This document shows, one piece after another, positions 25,323 through 27,317 of a stretch of DNA of 27,317 nt (the stretch's first letter is position 1; every line of letters begins with the position of its first letter). The DNA lies in the IMG/VR virus record IMGVR_UViG_3300043389_000001, positions 110,656-137,972 of that record; one strand, written 5' to 3'. A program made the position numbers and the translations under genes. The notes below the pieces were generated by a model. The model searched no databases. It saw only the letters and a list, made by a program, of their open reading frames with translations, and had not been told where the DNA came from. The DNA comes from a virus.

Positions 25323-25985
25323 TCACGCGGACTGGGCAATGCTGACCCGGTGACCGGGCCGGTCGTGCAGCAACTCGGAGCGCTCGTCCCAGAACCGGTC
25401 ATTCTTCGAGACCGTGGGCGAGGTGTCGGAAGTCCCCGCCCGCTGGCCCACCAGCAGCGGTGTCGGGCAGTAGACCCGCAGCATGTCCTTCTGCAGCGCC
25501 GGCAGGTAGTGGTCGATGTGGGTACTGGCCTTGCTCCACGTGCGGATCAGCAGCGGCATGGCCTTGTCCCGCACGATGTACCCGTGGGTGCGCACCGTGC
25601 CCGTGCATCGCTGAATGCGCCCCTCCCACACCGGGTCCTGCCAGTGCTGACCACCCAGCATGATCATGTCCCACGAATCCGGGACGTGGGCGGCGAACTG
25701 CTTCCACCGCAGGCCGAAGTCCTCCACGAAGATCGCGTCGTCCTCCAGCACCAGCAGACTGCCCACACCCGAACGCCACGCTTGCGTCAGCTCCCGCACG
25801 TGGGCCTGCGCGCACCCGAACGCACCGGCCGAGGCACGGAAGTACCCCGGAGCTTCTGCGGTCACACCCGGCACCGCGCGGGGCACCGGGAAGGGCCAGC
25901 GCTCCGTCGGCCGTTCACGTTCGAACGCCTTCAACCGCTTCTTGCGCGTCGGCAACGAAATCACGACAGCGTCGTCGATGTCCAT
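25323..25985 (-). CDS. Glycosyltransferase family 25-like (GT-A), 220 aa
   Basis: VISL..RK.R, GAFGCAQAH, LLVLEDDA, WDMIMLG, THGYIV and HIDHYL match the ordered GT25 (LgtB/Lex2B/COLGALT) motifs. Start MDIDD at 25985 avoids overlap with the holin. Confidence 0.88.
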   Translation of the reverse strand: MDIDDAVVISLPTRKKRLKAFERERPTERWPFPVPRAVPGVTAEAPGYFRASAGAFGCAQAHVRELTQAWRSGVGSLLVLEDDAIFVEDFGLRWKQFAAHVPDSWDMIMLGGQHWQDPVWEGRIQRCTGTVRTHGYIVRDKAMPLLIRTWSKASTHIDHYLPALQKDMLRVYCPTPLLVGQRAGTSDTSPTVSKNDRFWDERSELLHDRPGHRVSIAQSA

Positions 25986-26036
25986 GCGCAGAGGATCGGG
26001 CTGGTTTCGGTTGCAGAGCAGGTCGAAAAGCCACTC

Positions 26037-26393
26037 ATGGTTACTCTCCCGCTGGACGTCCTCAACCTGGTGCTGGCCGCCGTGCTGCCCATGCTGACCG
26101 CCCTGATCACCGCCCGCTGGGCCAACAGCGCCGTCAAGACCGTCGTGCTGGTCCTGCTGTCCGTCATCGCCGTCGCCCTGCAGGGCGTGCTGTCCGACGA
26201 CGGAATCCTCCATGTGCGCGAGTTCTTCATCCAGACCTGCCTGCAGTTCCTGCTCGCTACCGGTGCGCACTTCGGACTCCTCAAGCCTCTGTCGGTCACC
26301 GGTTCCACCGGCGTGGTCGCATCCACCGTGCCCCAGGGCATCGGCGGCCCGGCCGACAAGCCGGGCAACGTGGCCGACGGCGCGCCGAACTGA
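26037..26393 (+). CDS. Putative holin or membrane protein, 118 aa
   Basis: 2-3 hydrophobic segments (VL.LVLAAVLP.LTALIT, VK.VVL.LLS.I, H.GLLKP..VTG) of actinophage holin type. Located after the tail genes. Confidence 0.75.
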   Translation: MVTLPLDVLNLVLAAVLPMLTALITARWANSAVKTVVLVLLSVIAVALQGVLSDDGILHVREFFIQTCLQFLLATGAHFGLLKPLSVTGSTGVVASTVPQGIGGPADKPGNVADGAPN

Positions 26394-26436
26394 TCCACCC
26401 CTGACCGCTCACGATCTGCGTCCAGCAGGGAAAGAC

Positions 26437-26475
26437 CGACGGCGCGACCAAACCGGTCGCGCCGTCGCCTGTTTC
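26437..26475 (+). terminator. Hairpin, probable terminator after the holin
   Basis: Perfect 13-bp stem CGACGGCGCGACC / GGTCGCGCCGTCG with a 5-nt loop, followed by CCTGTTTC (weak U tract). Confidence 0.68.
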
Positions 26476-26669
26476 ACCGGGGGGCCCTGTCTACCCCACG
26501 CCCACCCCGGCCAGCATCAACCCTTTGCCCGACGCCCTCACCGGTAGAACGCTGTTCCGAAACACTTCACGGCCGCGACGTCTCGCCCCGAAACACCCGC
26601 TGACCTGCAGGTATACCCCACCCGGCGACCCCCGGGTAGTAATGACGCTCCGTCACGCGTGACGCAGGA

Positions 26670-26678
26670 TGTGGATAA
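26670..26678 (-). promoter_or_regulatory. Consensus DnaA box (TTATCCACA on the minus strand)
   Basis: Exact TGTGGATAA in the non-coding region, but only a single copy. Confidence 0.4.
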
Positions 26679-26775
26679 CCGCCGCGACAGCAGAACACGC
26701 ACCCCTCCACCCCGGTTTCCGAATGTCATCCGAACACCCCAGGAGCCTGCAAACGCCCAGGTCAGCGGCCCCGCA

Positions 26776-26791
26776 TCGAACATTCGTTCGC
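26776..26791. promoter_or_regulatory. Actinobacterial LexA (SOS) box
   Basis: TCGAAC-ATTC-GTTCGC versus the consensus TCGAAC-N4-GTTCGA: one mismatch, at the last position. Non-coding, ~150 bp upstream of ATG 26945. Confidence 0.62.
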
Positions 26792-26944
26792 AGTGATGTC
26801 CGATCTGCTGGCTTTCGCCGCTGGCGCGGTGTCTGGACTTTGCCCGGCGCCCCGACGTAGCTTTCTGCCACCACGAAGCGTGAGCGGCAAGCCCCCTCCG
26901 AAGTGGATTCAGTCGAACGACCGACCCAAGGGGGTCTGCTAGTC

Positions 26945-27187
26945 ATGGGCGAAAACACGCAGCCCGGAGTTCCTTCCACGTTCGTGGACCGCGAGCAGTT
27001 CATCGGCCAGGAGATCGCCCCTGTGCTGGCCAAGTACATGCGCTGGAAGGGGCTGCTGTTCGTGCAGGCCCACCTCGCGGAGATCGAGCAGGGCGTGGAG
27101 GGAACGCTGGGTCTGGTCCTGCCCACGCCGGCCAACCCGGTCATCGAGCCGTTCTGCGAGCACCGACTGCGACCAGAACTGTCGTAG
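26945..27187 (+). CDS. Hypothetical protein, 80 aa (possibly frameshifted near 27164)
   Basis: AAGGGGGT upstream of ATG 26945. Strong codon bias up to ...EPFCEH. Confidence 0.65.
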   Translation: MGENTQPGVPSTFVDREQFIGQEIAPVLAKYMRWKGLLFVQAHLAEIEQGVEGTLGLVLPTPANPVIEPFCEHRLRPELS

Positions 27188-27317
27188 GCATGAGCTAATC
27201 TGCCGGACGGGCAGCACGTTCCACCCGGTACGCCCGTACCACCACAACTTCACACCACCCGGTTGAGGCGAGGCCGCAACCTGGGCACCACGACCCGAGG
27301 GGTCGAAAGGGGCCGAC

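Larger units (their letters stand above)
1..27317. mobile_element. Tailed phage (siphovirus-like, probable actinobacterial host), structural and lysis region
   Basis: Canonical order connector - major tail - frameshifted chaperone - tape measure - minor tail - holin. High GC with strong G/C third-position bias and many ATGA/GTGA coupled junctions. No tail sheath gene seen. Confidence 0.95.

Noticed and set aside
21800-26940. Diversity-generating retroelement or invertible tail-fibre cassette
   Set aside because: No reverse transcriptase or invertase, and no TR/VR-like repeat pair differing at adenines was seen by eye.
26394-26944. CRISPR array, tRNA or attachment site in the non-coding region; ORFs 26538-26783, 26653-27144 and 26669-26860
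   Set aside because: No regularly spaced repeats, cloverleaf or integrase. The ORFs lack codon bias and protein-like composition.

Overview
This is a high-GC, actinobacteriophage-like virion morphogenesis region from a probable siphovirus; free phage or prophage cannot be distinguished here. The gene order is: a GT4 glycosyltransferase, a block of Ser/Thr-rich fibre or decoration genes, head-tail connector genes, a large major tail protein followed by a terminator, and a tail assembly chaperone with a clear -1 frameshift (CCCAAAA). These are followed by a 2497-aa tape measure protein, minor tail and baseplate genes (one with a G-X-T/S collagen-like tract), a minus-strand GT25 glycosyltransferase, a holin-like gene with no adjacent endolysin, and a ~550-bp non-coding control region. 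No terminase, portal, capsid, integrase, RNA gene or CRISPR array is recognisable. Four observations stand out. (1) Two unrelated glycosyltransferases bracket a structural module rich in Thr/Ser, suggesting a virion glycosylation system. (2) The tape measure N-terminal half carries about 8 degenerate ~75-aa repeats. (3) A YCGA-N10/11-start motif recurs before six genes, suggesting leaderless promoters for an alternative sigma factor. (4) The right-hand control region holds an actinobacterial LexA box, a perfect DnaA box and several palindromes. All product calls come from motif recognition and gene order only; no database search was run.
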